This document shows positions 18,825 through 29,794 of a stretch of 64,000 nucleotides of DNA, in pieces; position 1 is the stretch's first letter; every line of letters starts with the position of its first letter. This DNA is from Candidatus Obscuribacterales bacterium (GTDB lineage: Bacteria > Cyanobacteriota > Vampirovibrionia > Obscuribacterales > Obscuribacteraceae), in contig CBDDIJ010000003.1 in the NCBI GenBank assembly GCA_965228855.1, positions 3,456,001 to 3,520,000 of the forward strand, in the 5' to 3' direction. Below the pieces are notes generated by a model. That model was not told the DNA's origin and did no database searches. It saw nothing but the letters and a program-made list of their open reading frames with translations. The position numbers and the translations under genes were made by a program.

Positions 18825-19418
18825 TTACTGGTTTAAAAAGAAATCGCCTGTTACAGGATCGCGCGTCAAGTTTTCCCAGGCGGCCACCTCATGAAAGCGA
18901 ATTGGAATTGGCCCCGTCAAGCCTGGTATGCGGATATTCGTCCACGAGATTGAAACCAGGGGATGAATAGCGACATCGACTTTTAAATCGAGAAGATAAA
19001 CACATGGGCTATCCTTGCCTTCGGGCAAAACCCTCGCAGGAATCGTTTTCGGTGCGCGAAAAATTTCAATCTGCTTCGTTTTGGTCGATTCGATTGTCAT
19101 CGACAGTTCGGTTTCATTCACATCGATGCCGCCAATCGCATTCAGTTGTTGCCACTTAGAAGACTCGGATGTGACACTAGCCAGGGCTTCACTGAAAGAC
19201 TCGCTTCGGGCCAGTCTTCTCACTTCATTGGTCACGATCGATTTGCCCATCCCGTAGCGAACTGGAATGATCGCCATATTGAGAAGAGGTAGTACGACAC
19301 AACCAAACAGAATAAACAGTGCGGCACCAAATTCGGTGACTTGTGCCGCACCATATTCAGTTCTGCGGAATCGGGATCGTTTCACTATACCACTCGTTTT
19401 ACACCACCACTGTTTCAT
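18825..19418 (-). CDS. TadE-like pseudopilin
   Basis: Basic leader, then G|AAQVTEFGAALFILF hydrophobic helix, resembling a prepilin cleavage motif with a nearby Glu. Confidence 0.55.
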   Translation of the reverse strand: MKQWWCKTSGIVKRSRFRRTEYGAAQVTEFGAALFILFGCVVLPLLNMAIIPVRYGMGKSIVTNEVRRLARSESFSEALASVTSESSKWQQLNAIGGIDVNETELSMTIESTKTKQIEIFRAPKTIPARVLPEGKDSPCVYLLDLKVDVAIHPLVSISWTNIRIPGLTGPIPIRFHEVAAWENLTRDPVTGDFFLNQ

Positions 19419-20344
19419 TTAGCTGGAGGCAGAGCGCCGTTCGTACAGGCGGTACTCAGGCTCCTGGTTCCCGTCTCGACACCATTGACCACCTTGCTCT
19501 TCATTTTGACGGACATTAGCACTTGAACGCACGATGGCATTAACATGCTACTACCAATGGCATCATTTCCATTTTCCAGAATCGACACCGATGGTTTGAA
19601 ATGTTTTTCCGACACTAATCGCATAGGGGCAGCGCTTTCATTCACAGCCATAGGCAACGGAGACAACAGAAAGTCCAGGTCGTCGTCCGGAGCAGGCAAC
19701 TTTAACGACTTCCCTGCGACATAGAAATCGAAATCTTTGCCTCGTTTCAAGAATGAATGAGCCTGATCGTGTGCAATAAGTTCCGGCACTACATGCGGTG
19801 CTTGAACATTTGACTCCATGTTGTCCAAACTGCCTAGCTTGAAATCGAGAATCACGGGCTTATCAACGGCAGCATCAAACAACTCCACCTCACGACCAAG
19901 CGACGTTGTTTTCCCCTTCACTAGCTTTCGCATATCGGTGACAGTAGCGTTTACCAGCCGTTGCCGTTCATCTCCTACAATACGCGCGCCCTCTCGAGTT
20001 TGCTCCACATACTGCGCCGCCAGCTTCTCGTAGTCTCTAAAATGCGGGTTATTTAGGGTGACGTCATGCATGCGTCGCGCGGTAAAAACAAGCTCACGAG
20101 AGTCGCCTATCAAATTGTTGAGCCGCCCTACGTTATCATTCTCATTCAACTTTTGGGCAGCAATGAGTGCAACCTTCTCTCCTGAATCCTGCAACCGTTG
20201 ATTCGAAAAGAAGACAAGCTGAAACCAAAATGCAATTCCGGTTAGCACGAGAATCAGGCAGCCGATGGCTACGCACAAAAACAGCATGTTACCGCGCTCT
20301 TGTCGCAACTTTTCTCCAATCGCTATCTTTCTACTTTGACCCAA
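19415..20344 (-). CDS. TadG-like Flp pilus assembly protein
   Basis: RQERG|NMLFLCVAIGCLIL hydrophobic helix followed by RLQDSGEKVALIAA (LQxAADAAALAA-like). Overlaps the TadE-like gene by 4 bp. Confidence 0.55.
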   Translation of the reverse strand: MGQSRKIAIGEKLRQERGNMLFLCVAIGCLILVLTGIAFWFQLVFFSNQRLQDSGEKVALIAAQKLNENDNVGRLNNLIGDSRELVFTARRMHDVTLNNPHFRDYEKLAAQYVEQTREGARIVGDERQRLVNATVTDMRKLVKGKTTSLGREVELFDAAVDKPVILDFKLGSLDNMESNVQAPHVVPELIAHDQAHSFLKRGKDFDFYVAGKSLKLPAPDDDLDFLLSPLPMAVNESAAPMRLVSEKHFKPSVSILENGNDAIGSSMLMPSCVQVLMSVKMKSKVVNGVETGTRSLSTACTNGALPPAK

Positions 20345-20348
20345 AACA

Positions 20349-21326
20349 TCAGTTAGTCGCTGCAGAATCAGGATTGACCATCAAACTTGATTCGTCGACG
20401 GCTTCGAAATCGTTCCCAGTTAAGGCTTTCAATGCGTTTAAATCATCGTCGTTCCAACGCGGGTCTGAAGCTCCAGTGACATACCAGTTGGAACCACCGT
20501 CGCAGTAAAACATTCCGTATTCCTTGAGCGCGTTCAAAATCGCTTTGTTAGTGGTTGAGAAGCTGGAAGTATTGAAACTCGCCTTGAGTCTGAATCGAGC
20601 ACCGAATGGAGGTGCGCCTGCAGTTTGCGTTCCGGCCAGGTGACGAGCTGGCCAGATGTAACCATTCATCATTCGCCCGGTGAATCTCAGAGCGTGATGG
20701 ATGGTACCAGACGCCGCTTCATCGTAGTTAACCAGCAGAGGAAAAATAGGAAGACCGGCTGCATCTGCAGATGTCCATGTGTTAGGGCGCAAAGAGTTTG
20801 AATCCAGATGAAAGATCGCCCCCGAACCGGCAAAGTATTTACTCCCTTTATTGCGAGTGTAATAAAGCTCATACAGAGTCTTGGAAGGCGGATGAATCAT
20901 TAGGACATGTCGGTCTCCGCCGTTCTTCTTTATATTCCAATTATTGCCCTCTATCTTTAGCTTTTTCGACACCGGGTACGGACCGGCGTCACTTTCGTCT
21001 TCGTAGTCGAACGAGACGTTGTAAAACCTGAGCGCTCTCTTCGCATCTTGCACTACATTGTAGGGAATCCCGTACTCTAGAGGACTTCCCCAGTCCGGAT
21101 GAAAATGTGACGTCGGAGTCAACGCATTAACCCAGTCAGAGGAGTTTGCATGAACCGGCAACCCGTCGATTTTTGTGTTCCAAACCGCGTTAGCTGGAAA
21201 GATCTGCACTCCGGCCACAGTCTGCTGGGCGCTTGCAGACAGGGGTGGAGCGATAATGCAAAGCGAAGCAATAAATGAAGCTGGTAAAAGTAGCGCAAGA
21301 GACTTGAGATGTTTGAGTCTAAACAT
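20349..21326 (-). CDS. conserved secreted hypothetical protein
   Basis: AGGAGG RBS and signal peptide. FPANAVWNTKID..PV, GIPYNVV, ESDAGPYP, GDRHVL, SADAAGLP, IHHALRF and GARFRLK are blocks I recall from a widespread uncharacterised family. Confidence 0.75.
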   Translation of the reverse strand: MFRLKHLKSLALLLPASFIASLCIIAPPLSASAQQTVAGVQIFPANAVWNTKIDGLPVHANSSDWVNALTPTSHFHPDWGSPLEYGIPYNVVQDAKRALRFYNVSFDYEDESDAGPYPVSKKLKIEGNNWNIKKNGGDRHVLMIHPPSKTLYELYYTRNKGSKYFAGSGAIFHLDSNSLRPNTWTSADAAGLPIFPLLVNYDEAASGTIHHALRFTGRMMNGYIWPARHLAGTQTAGAPPFGARFRLKASFNTSSFSTTNKAILNALKEYGMFYCDGGSNWYVTGASDPRWNDDDLNALKALTGNDFEAVDESSLMVNPDSAATN

Positions 21327-21647
21327 GCACGACCTCCTGAAGAGAGGTAGGTAAGTATGGCAACCCGGTGAATCCGGCATGTATCTAGTACGTAGTAAGT
21401 TCTAAAGTTAGGCTATTCGATCACGCTATCATTGCTTTCGAAACACTGTCAAGCTTGAGCCCTATATGCAAACCTATACAACTGTTGAGGTTCTCCAACG
21501 CTTAACTTAGGAAACTCCTTGAGCCACCGTCGATGCGGGACTCTTAGAGAGACAAGCAGCGAGAGACACTTTCTCCTCTACTGGGCACAATCCAAGTAAC
21601 AGCGAGAACTCTTCCACCTAAAACCGACAAGCGCGACTCCATATCTC

Positions 21648-22298
21648 ATGCGACTTAGTAGTAAAAAAACAACAGCCCTCTCACTTGCTCTGAGTTCGCT
21701 GCTGCTGCAATCATCCGGATTGGATCAATCATCAACTCTTCAACGGCGAGAACGAAAGCCCCTGCCACCACAACTGGTGGATTACGCACAATACGACGAT
21801 GTGGTCGTACTCCACTGCGAAGAACAACCAGGTTACTTAAAATTCGACGGCGTTCAACTAAAACCGGTTGTCCGCGTTCGCGTCAACGTCCGCGTCAACA
21901 CCAGGGAAAACCGCTGGGCGCCCGAGCAAAAATATGAAGAACTCTGGTTCAAGGAGGGAACTCCCATCGGAAGCAAGGTTTTAACGTCCTCGCCAATCAA
22001 GGAGCGACATGAAGTTGGCATCTTTTTGAAAGATGGCAGCGATATTTTAAATGACGGCGAAATAGCCGCATGCGCAAGCGTGCTTGTGAGACTGCGTCTG
22101 GAAGCCAATCTCAATAAGAATCAAATTCTGACAGTACGAATTCCGTCGACCATTTTCGAGAGATTGAAGCTCGAACTGCAAAAACAAAATTTTGTTTCGT
22201 ACAGAGAAAATAGTTTGACTATCAGAACTCTCATCCCCATCCCGCTTGAGAGCGAGTTCGGCAAACGAGAAGTCATGTCGTTTATGCCGCGCGACTAG
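21648..22298 (+). CDS. hypothetical secreted protein
   Basis: 216-aa ORF with a signal-like N-terminus. Confidence 0.55.
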   Translation: MRLSSKKTTALSLALSSLLLQSSGLDQSSTLQRRERKPLPPQLVDYAQYDDVVVLHCEEQPGYLKFDGVQLKPVVRVRVNVRVNTRENRWAPEQKYEELWFKEGTPIGSKVLTSSPIKERHEVGIFLKDGSDILNDGEIAACASVLVRLRLEANLNKNQILTVRIPSTIFERLKLELQKQNFVSYRENSLTIRTLIPIPLESEFGKREVMSFMPRD

Positions 22299-22357
22299 TT
22301 TCGAGAAAGGCACAGATTTTTACTTCGTACTAGAATCGAATTAGTGCAGGAAATTCG

Positions 22358-23440
22358 ATGTTGAAAGAACGTGTCCTATTCTCGGTTTTGCTCGGTCTGT
22401 CATTGCTCGCTTTGCAGACGTTCATCTTGCCGCAAACTTGTTTGTCACAATTGTTGCCCGGCGGAAAAACCGTTTTCGCCCTCCCTGAAGCAGATGCGCA
22501 AGTCAGCCGCTTTGGCGAAGAGGCCAAGCACCACACTCTAGAAGTCGGCGATGCAACCTTTGAAATTTGCCAGAAGGAAGGCAAGTTGAGCGTTTCACAA
22601 AACAACATTGACGACTACGTACGCGATGCCGCACGTGCAGTCATGGCCTACTACGGCGAATTCCCTGTAAAGAAGACAATCGTGGTAATCGAGCCTACCG
22701 ATGAATACGGCGTGGGATTTGCAACGTCTACGTTTGAAGACGATGGCGGACACGGGTTGATCGAAATTGAAATCGGACGAGGCGCAACCTGCAAGCAATT
22801 GCGCACGAGCTGGACGTTAACCCACGAAATGATGCACCTTGCCTTCCCGATAATGGGAAGACGCCATCGCTGGCTTGCCGAAGGTATTGCCACTTATGTG
22901 GAACCAATTGGCCGCATGCGCATCGGCAAACTTTCAAATGAGGACGTCTGGAAAGATCTGGCGGATAACTTGCACAAAGGCTTACCGTCTGGTATCGACG
23001 ACGGCGGTTTAAACCAGGTCCAAGGTCGACGGCGTCTTTACTGGGGTGGTGCACTTTACTGCCTGGTCGCCGACGTCTCGATTCGCAAACAAACCCGAAA
23101 TCGAATGGGTCTGGAAGAGGCCTTGCGTGCAGTCGCCGATATGGGCGGAACCGCCGCTTCCGATTGGGACGCCGAAAAATCTTTACGCGTAGCTGACGGC
23201 GCAATAGGTGCCAGGGTCCTTCAAGATCTTTATGACGAGATGGCCGAATCTCCAGGCAGCGTAGACATTCCGGAGTTGCTGACCCAACTAGGAGTGGAAC
23301 AGTCAGGGGAAACGATGTTTATCAATGAAGAAGCGCCCCTTGCGCCGATTCGTAGAGCAATTGAAAGAGGCACAGCGACGAGTCTTTCACAATCGTTTCA
23401 TGACGCCACCACAGACGGTACCGCACCTTCGGTAAACTAG
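22358..23440 (+). CDS. secreted gluzincin-like metallopeptidase
   Basis: THEMMH (HEXXH) with downstream WLAEGIATY and YWGGAL; signal peptide. Confidence 0.8.
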   Translation: MLKERVLFSVLLGLSLLALQTFILPQTCLSQLLPGGKTVFALPEADAQVSRFGEEAKHHTLEVGDATFEICQKEGKLSVSQNNIDDYVRDAARAVMAYYGEFPVKKTIVVIEPTDEYGVGFATSTFEDDGGHGLIEIEIGRGATCKQLRTSWTLTHEMMHLAFPIMGRRHRWLAEGIATYVEPIGRMRIGKLSNEDVWKDLADNLHKGLPSGIDDGGLNQVQGRRRLYWGGALYCLVADVSIRKQTRNRMGLEEALRAVADMGGTAASDWDAEKSLRVADGAIGARVLQDLYDEMAESPGSVDIPELLTQLGVEQSGETMFINEEAPLAPIRRAIERGTATSLSQSFHDATTDGTAPSVN

Positions 23441-23486
23441 GACGCATCCCCGTTCAGTCCTCCAGCAACCAGACGGGGTTGGGTGT

Positions 23487-25592
23487 TTATTTCTTATCTT
23501 CTTTGGTGGCCACATGATAGAGCACATAAGCCATCGTCGCGAAGAAACCTACTCCGAGTAGCTGATAGCCACTCTCGCCGATTGCATTGGCAATCGCATG
23601 CTCAGCGCTGATACTCTGCATTGCCTTGTAGATTTCCGGAGGAATGGAAACAAGAGCTATTATGACACCGGCCAGCGCCCCGCCGGCAACGAGACCTGTG
23701 GCGAACAAACTTCCGTTGCCCAGATCGTCCTCTGCGGTTTCGATTTCGTGGTCCGCAGTTTTCTTCCCAACGCTCTTAATTCGCAAATCAACAAATTTGC
23801 GAATCACCCCTCCAATGAAAATCGGCAATGTAGTGGACAAAGGAAGGTAAGCTCCGACTGCGAAATTCAAAGCATTGACTCCGCACAACTCCATAGTCAC
23901 AGCAAGGAAGACGCCGCAAAGTACAAAGTTCCAATCAAGGTTCAACGACAGCATTCCTTTGATCAATGTCGCCATTAAAGTTCCCTGGGGTGCGGGAAAC
24001 TTGTCGCTGCCAATGGCGTGCTGGATGCCAGCCGCTATCATGTCCGGCGAAGGCGTATCAAGCAGCTTCACGGTCAAACCAATCACCAGGGAAGCCACCA
24101 CTGCACCAATGAACAAGCATATTTGCTGATACTTCGGAGTGGCGCCCACTATAAAACCGGTTTTCAAATCTTGCGACGTCGCGCCACCATTGGCGGCGGC
24201 TATGCAGACGATACCACCGACAACGAGCACCATAGGCTCATAGAGGTTGCCGGTAAGACCAAAGCCGATAAAGACGAGTGAAGTAGCCATCAATGTCGCA
24301 ATCGTCATTCCCGAGATCGGATTGCTGCTGGAACCTATAATTCCAACGATGCGACTTGAAACAGTTACGAAGAAGAAACCGAATACTACAACGAGTAAAC
24401 CGATAAGAACCTTTTGCAAAAGGTTGTCGCCCGGAATCTGCGGCAACGCTACCATTAGAATCACTAATATAGTTGAACCGATGAGAACGGTTTTGGCGTC
24501 TAAGTCGTTCTCAGTTCTCAACTTTGCGCCGCCGCCTCCGACTCCCTTGAATGAGCCCAGGCTGTCGCGGAAGGATGAAACAATCGTTGGAATTGTTTTC
24601 AACAATGTCATAAAACCACCGGCAGCTACAGCACCAGCGCCAATTTGACGAACATAGGCGCGATAAACCGCGTCGGCGGTGTTCGCGAAGGTATGAGTAG
24701 CCGGATCCCAACCGGACGTGCCACCAGCAGTAGTGACACTGGCGAGATAGCCAAGCTTCACGAGCTGTTCAGCGATTCGATCCGGTGATACAAGACCGGC
24801 AAGCAACGGTATGAGCCCGAGCCAGGAGAGAACGCCACCTGCGACGAGACACCCGGCAATCTTGAAACCAACAATGTAACCGACACCTAGATACTCGGGA
24901 GTGAATTCACCACTTAAGGTAGCCGACGGCAAGAACTTATTTGTCTGTTTCGTGACATATGTCGGAGCCTCGGCGATTACATGAAAGACGTTCCGCAATA
25001 ATGCATAAACCATCGCAAATCCAAGGCCCTGATAAGCGGTCTTGGCGAACTCGCCGCCTTTGTCTCCTGCGATTAGCACCGAACCACATGCGGTCCCTTC
25101 CGGATAAGGCAGCTTACCATGCTCTTTTACAATCAGAGAGCGACGCAGCGGAATCATCATGAGCGTGCCGAGCACACCACCTAGTGCCGCCAGTAAGAAG
25201 ATCGTCCAGTAGTTGAAGAACGGCGCGCCAACACTCTCTCCGTTGGTTGCCATTGACAAAAACAAAAATCCGGTAAGAGTAAAGACCACTCCGGAGGCAA
25301 TCGATTCGCCGGCCGAAGCAGTTGTTTGAATGATATTGTTCTCGAGAATGGTGGTGTTCATGAACTTTCGACCGAGCGAAATGGCAAGCACCGCCACTGG
25401 TATCGAAGCAGATACGGTTAACCCAGCCTTGAGCGCCAGGTAGACAGATGCGGCTCCGAATAAAATTCCAAAGATGCATCCCAGAACAATCGCACGCGGC
25501 GTGAACTCCTTCATCACCGCTTCAGACGCGATGTATGGCTTGAAGTCAAGGACTTCGTCTTGCGGATTAGTACTGTCAACCTGCATAGTCAC
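23487..25592 (-). CDS. OPT family oligopeptide transporter
   Basis: [56 protein letters not shown] and APQGTLM. Confidence 0.93.
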   Translation of the reverse strand: MTMQVDSTNPQDEVLDFKPYIASEAVMKEFTPRAIVLGCIFGILFGAASVYLALKAGLTVSASIPVAVLAISLGRKFMNTTILENNIIQTTASAGESIASGVVFTLTGFLFLSMATNGESVGAPFFNYWTIFLLAALGGVLGTLMMIPLRRSLIVKEHGKLPYPEGTACGSVLIAGDKGGEFAKTAYQGLGFAMVYALLRNVFHVIAEAPTYVTKQTNKFLPSATLSGEFTPEYLGVGYIVGFKIAGCLVAGGVLSWLGLIPLLAGLVSPDRIAEQLVKLGYLASVTTAGGTSGWDPATHTFANTADAVYRAYVRQIGAGAVAAGGFMTLLKTIPTIVSSFRDSLGSFKGVGGGGAKLRTENDLDAKTVLIGSTILVILMVALPQIPGDNLLQKVLIGLLVVVFGFFFVTVSSRIVGIIGSSSNPISGMTIATLMATSLVFIGFGLTGNLYEPMVLVVGGIVCIAAANGGATSQDLKTGFIVGATPKYQQICLFIGAVVASLVIGLTVKLLDTPSPDMIAAGIQHAIGSDKFPAPQGTLMATLIKGMLSLNLDWNFVLCGVFLAVTMELCGVNALNFAVGAYLPLSTTLPIFIGGVIRKFVDLRIKSVGKKTADHEIETAEDDLGNGSLFATGLVAGGALAGVIIALVSIPPEIYKAMQSISAEHAIANAIGESGYQLLGVGFFATMAYVLYHVATKEDKK

Positions 25593-25643
25593 GCCTCTTC
25601 AAAAAACTTGCATGACTACTGTACACTACCTAAACTTTCAGAG

Positions 25644-26168
25644 TTACGGATGGAAAGAGTTCAAGAAGCGGTTTGCATCGGCATTCTTAGGGTCCTGCGT
25701 TGTCACTTCCACGTAGTACAAGCCGACTTTGTTGACGTAGAATCTGTCAAGAACAAGTGCTTTCCCTACCTGCGCTTGAAACTGAAGACCCTGGCCGTTC
25801 TCAACAGGAAACGCTCCGTTGAATTGAAAATTCGCAGGCATCTTCATTTGCGCAAATTGTTGCTGATTAGCCTGAATTACACGTTGAGCAAAAGACGTAA
25901 CTACTTTCTCGTCGGTCAATCCTTGCTGCTGATCCTTTTCGAAATCCCGTTTCAAAATTCCAACTCGAAACGACAGCTTTTGCTCGGGCTTTTGCGCCAG
26001 ATACATCACCATCCCCTGGTCCTCAACTTGTTTGATTGGCTCCGGCATTTCGAAGGAAACGGTTGCACCGTCAATAGACATTTTCTTCCAGCCGTCGGTA
26101 CTGCATCCCGCAATAAGAGCGGCACTGCAAAGGACGAAACTTAACGGCAGGATTGTGTTCTTTCTCAT
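25644..26168 (-). CDS. putative lipoprotein
   Basis: Lipobox LIAG|C after a hydrophobic stretch. Confidence 0.7.
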   Translation of the reverse strand: MRKNTILPLSFVLCSAALIAGCSTDGWKKMSIDGATVSFEMPEPIKQVEDQGMVMYLAQKPEQKLSFRVGILKRDFEKDQQQGLTDEKVVTSFAQRVIQANQQQFAQMKMPANFQFNGAFPVENGQGLQFQAQVGKALVLDRFYVNKVGLYYVEVTTQDPKNADANRFLNSFHP

Positions 26169-26179
26169 TTTCTGTCCTC

Positions 26180-26779
26180 TTAGTGCGACGATTTATCTAC
26201 GAAGAATTCCACGGGTCCCCTGAGTTTTGGAATTTTCACAAGCTCATACGGCTGGGTCATTGCCTCAGCTGCCTTGGTTCCAGGCAGAGGGCTATTAATC
26301 TTGTAAAAAACTTTGGCACCAAGCGCGGTGCGATAGACTTGCAGAATTTCAACACTATAACCCTCGCTCGGTTTCTGTCCGGCAAATACACCGAGTACGG
26401 TTTCCTTTTCGAAATCGACAATCGGAGAAGTCTTCTCCACGCCTTTTACTCTGTGACGCGTTAGAAGTCGCTCCCAGATACTTTTCTGGTTTACCAGCAC
26501 CGTGTCGAAAGATACGATCCCGCTGCGGCTTCCACTTTCCAGTTTCTCGAAGTTTATGGACGGCAAAGCTTTTTTCAGGGGAGCTGGTTTAGCCGCCGGC
26601 ATAGCAACCGGAACCATACGAGGCAGCGGTTTCTTCGATGAGACTTTGCTTTTCTTCTCCGAACGAGCATCGACAGAGGCGACCGGCAAAGTAGCGCAAG
26701 CCACGGTCCAACACATAAGGACTCCAACAAAACAGAAATTTCCGAACTGACTAAATCGCATATTTTGACCCCGCGGCAA
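26180..26779 (-). CDS. PrcB C-terminal-like domain secreted protein
   Basis: VDFEKETVLGVFAGQKPSEGYSVEI...AMTQPYELVKI matches the PrcB_C pattern (GxxxTGGYxxxI...TQPYxxVxI). Start may be the ATG at 26761. Confidence 0.7.
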   Translation of the reverse strand: MPRGQNMRFSQFGNFCFVGVLMCWTVACATLPVASVDARSEKKSKVSSKKPLPRMVPVAMPAAKPAPLKKALPSINFEKLESGSRSGIVSFDTVLVNQKSIWERLLTRHRVKGVEKTSPIVDFEKETVLGVFAGQKPSEGYSVEILQVYRTALGAKVFYKINSPLPGTKAAEAMTQPYELVKIPKLRGPVEFFVDKSSH

Positions 26780-26972
26780 AGGCCTGAACAGTCATTATAA
26801 ATTGTTGTGCTGACAAGAGCGACTGCCATTTCTTCAGCCTTTTAATCGAAATGTTTCATATATAATACGTACGCTTCTAATGGGCTATATGGGGTATGTA
26901 AATAACGAGTCGGCAGCCCACTTTAGAAAATTCATGCTGTCATCGCTGTAATCCCGCAATAGAGTTGATTTT

Positions 26973-28436
26973 ATGACTTACGAACAATGCCAAGTTTGCG
27001 GCAAAATCAAGGGTATCGAATGCAATGGTCACGATAACCCGAACACAAGCAAGTCGCGTCTCGACGCCATCCGCGCGGCGAACCCGGCACAACGCTCGAT
27101 TGTGACCGAAAAACCTTCACCGGGCTTGAGCCTCAAAGAACAGCTAGACGCAATCCCCTCGCCCGGCGGCGAAGGCGGAGGCGCACCAGCCGCCAGTGCC
27201 GGAAGTGGATTGGGTCTGAAGAAACAACCTGACCCTACCGCAAACATTCTCGGACGTAAGACGAATGCTGGTAATGACGACATTAAAAACCAACTAGACT
27301 CGATACCGACACCAGGCGCGGGGGGAGCGCCGAAAGCCGCGCCCGGCGGCGGTGGCATCGACCTGTCGGCACTGGACGCTATTCCGACGCCTGGCGCCGG
27401 TGGCGCCAAACCGGCTCCGGCTCCTGCGCCGCGACCAGATCCGGCCCCGCGCCCGGCAGCAGGAGGATTCAATCCGGCAGACCTGGACTCCATTCCAACT
27501 CCCGGTTCTGCGCCTAAACACCCCCCGCAGCAAGCGCAACCGCCGGCTGCAGCTGCAGGCGGATTTGATTTATCAGCCCTCGATGCCATACCGACACCCG
27601 GTTCCGGCGGTAGCGCCAAACCCAGTCTATCAGCCAGACCAGCACCAGCCGCCAATCCAGCGGCCGCAGGCGGTTTTGACCCATCGGCTCTCGATTCGAT
27701 CCCAACACCTGGCGCTGGCGGCTCAGGTCAGATGCCTGAGCCTGGCGGCGGCGGCTCCGGTGCATATGACCTTTCCGCCCTGGAAGCCATACCGACACCT
27801 GGAAACAAACCGGGTGGAGGCGCCCCCTCCCGTCCAACGGGTGAGACACCTCAGTGGATGCGTAATTTCGAGCAACATCAAACCGCGATTTCAACGACCC
27901 AATACGGCGGTGAACAACCGGGGGGCTTTGGCGGCAACAGCTATGGTGCTGGTGGCGGCTACAACGAACCGGCGCCCATGTCCTATGGTTCAAGTCGCGG
28001 CGGCGAGTCTGCTCCACCGCAGGGGAGCATGTACAACATGATTATCATGCTAGTGGTGATCATCTGTATCGCTCTATTCGGTTACATAATGATTGCCAAA
28101 CCAGCTCCGGTCGATTTGCCGTCGGACGGCAGCACTCCTGCGTCCACAGCTCCAACCAGCTCGCCGGCACCGGTCGCGTCACCATCAGTACAAACACCGC
28201 CACCGGTTCAGACCCCAAATCCTTACACAACTCCGGTCCCCGGCTCTCCGCAGGGCATGCCGATGCAGCCCACACCAGTCCCGGGCTCACCACAAGGGAT
28301 GCAGCCCCAGGGCACCACAATTGACCCCAATACAATGCAACAACAAATGCAGCAAGTCCCACAGGGAATTAATCCGGTGCCTGTCCAACAGGGCAACAAC
28401 CCCGTCATTCCGGTTCAACAGGGAAATAACCCCTGA
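26973..28436 (+). CDS. Pro/Gly-rich single-pass membrane protein with LD(A/S)IP(T/S)PG repeats
   Basis: N-terminal CQVC...C..H, seven L(D/E)(A/S)IP(T/S)PG repeats, TM MIIMLVVIICIALFGYIMI and a Pro/Gln-rich tail. Confidence 0.8.
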   Translation: MTYEQCQVCGKIKGIECNGHDNPNTSKSRLDAIRAANPAQRSIVTEKPSPGLSLKEQLDAIPSPGGEGGGAPAASAGSGLGLKKQPDPTANILGRKTNAGNDDIKNQLDSIPTPGAGGAPKAAPGGGGIDLSALDAIPTPGAGGAKPAPAPAPRPDPAPRPAAGGFNPADLDSIPTPGSAPKHPPQQAQPPAAAAGGFDLSALDAIPTPGSGGSAKPSLSARPAPAANPAAAGGFDPSALDSIPTPGAGGSGQMPEPGGGGSGAYDLSALEAIPTPGNKPGGGAPSRPTGETPQWMRNFEQHQTAISTTQYGGEQPGGFGGNSYGAGGGYNEPAPMSYGSSRGGESAPPQGSMYNMIIMLVVIICIALFGYIMIAKPAPVDLPSDGSTPASTAPTSSPAPVASPSVQTPPPVQTPNPYTTPVPGSPQGMPMQPTPVPGSPQGMQPQGTTIDPNTMQQQMQQVPQGINPVPVQQGNNPVIPVQQGNNP

Positions 28437-28766
28437 TAGAACCACATGCGGTATCGCACGAAACCCCAATATCACTACTGCCAAACGCACTAACCTCACG
28501 GAGTTGAGTGTGAGAATTACGTGTTGCGCACTTCGTTACAATGATCCGTTTTGAAAACAGAATGGATCACAGTTCTCAAATCGCTTGTCACACAAACGTT
28601 TTCAGGTTCGCCACCCACCCTGCGATCATCTTGACGCCATTTCGAACTGGGGTTAAGTTACAGACACAGCAAGCGTTTTCAAATTTCCACAAAAACAACC
28701 GCCACGAAGTGTTTCAGCAACTTCTGCCGGTGTCTTTCTGCGTGCTTGAGACTGAGGACAACATCA

Positions 28767-29708
28767 ATGTTAAATGACGACACCATTCAAATCCCGCTCA
28801 GAGAACCGGTATTCAGCCTGGCGCTCCTTGCGATGGAGCCAGCGAATCGATTAAGTGCAGCTGCGACGATATCAGTTTATCCAAACAAAGAGTCAAAAGA
28901 GCACGTATCCAATGTCGTACAGAAATCATCGATAGTGTTAAGCGAACTGAAAGAGCAAGAACGCAAGCGGTTTTTCACAAATCTCGAATATTGCAATTTG
29001 AGCGAGGTAGAAACCGTCTATTGCAAGCGTGCCCAATCGATTTTGAATGTTTCAGCGACAAGGAACAGCGCCGCATTTTTCGACCCCTTCTGGGCTTGCC
29101 AGACCGTCGCTCGAGATATCAGCCAGGTTATAGACTCTGTGGTTATCGATCTTTATCAGGGCAACGTTGTCACCACAGGTGGTGACAGGGTCGATCAGGA
29201 AGCATTCGGAATTCCTCTCACAAACGCGTATTTAACTGTGAAGGCTTATCCCGACGAGGATGCACCAAACAGGTACAATCTCTTCACAGAAGGCATGAGC
29301 CGATTCGGATTGCCGGAACTAACACTTCCGAATTGCTCCACGAATCTACTTAACGACGGTGCTTACTTGCTTAGAGCTGTAGCGCAATTTCTGTGGGCAA
29401 AGCTCGAGCGCATTCATCCGGAGCAACCATTTCTTGAGCTGAGCAAGGAATTTGTCATACCAACAGAGTTTTGTGAGTATGGCAACCCAAACTTCCATGC
29501 GATTAAAGGACCGTCTATACCATTATCCCTTGAGGTTATTAGCGACGAGCATGAGACCATTCTTCTTTTGAAACAGCCGAGCCATTACGACGACTTCTAC
29601 GACTGGTTTCTAAGTGTCAACGAGGAAATTTTGGAACTCAGACTAAATATTCAACAGTTGCAGAACTCCGAGAACAGGCTTGCTATAACAGCAGATATCG
29701 CCGCTTAA
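28767..29708 (+). CDS. hypothetical protein
   Basis: Long ORF containing TEGMSRFGLPEL. ATG at 28767 preceded by GAGGA. Confidence 0.7.
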   Translation: MLNDDTIQIPLREPVFSLALLAMEPANRLSAAATISVYPNKESKEHVSNVVQKSSIVLSELKEQERKRFFTNLEYCNLSEVETVYCKRAQSILNVSATRNSAAFFDPFWACQTVARDISQVIDSVVIDLYQGNVVTTGGDRVDQEAFGIPLTNAYLTVKAYPDEDAPNRYNLFTEGMSRFGLPELTLPNCSTNLLNDGAYLLRAVAQFLWAKLERIHPEQPFLELSKEFVIPTEFCEYGNPNFHAIKGPSIPLSLEVISDEHETILLLKQPSHYDDFYDWFLSVNEEILELRLNIQQLQNSENRLAITADIAA

Positions 29709-29794
29709 ACTTGCAGAGTTGCCAAGAAAGCCTGACGAGCCAAAGTCTCATAGAATAGAGAGTTATGGGCTTCCAACTGCTCTTGAGGTAACCA

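Noticed and set aside
27029..28041. Long alternative-frame ORFs over the repeat protein
   Set aside because: GC-rich low-complexity sequence lacks stops; only the 26973-28436 frame has a coherent architecture.
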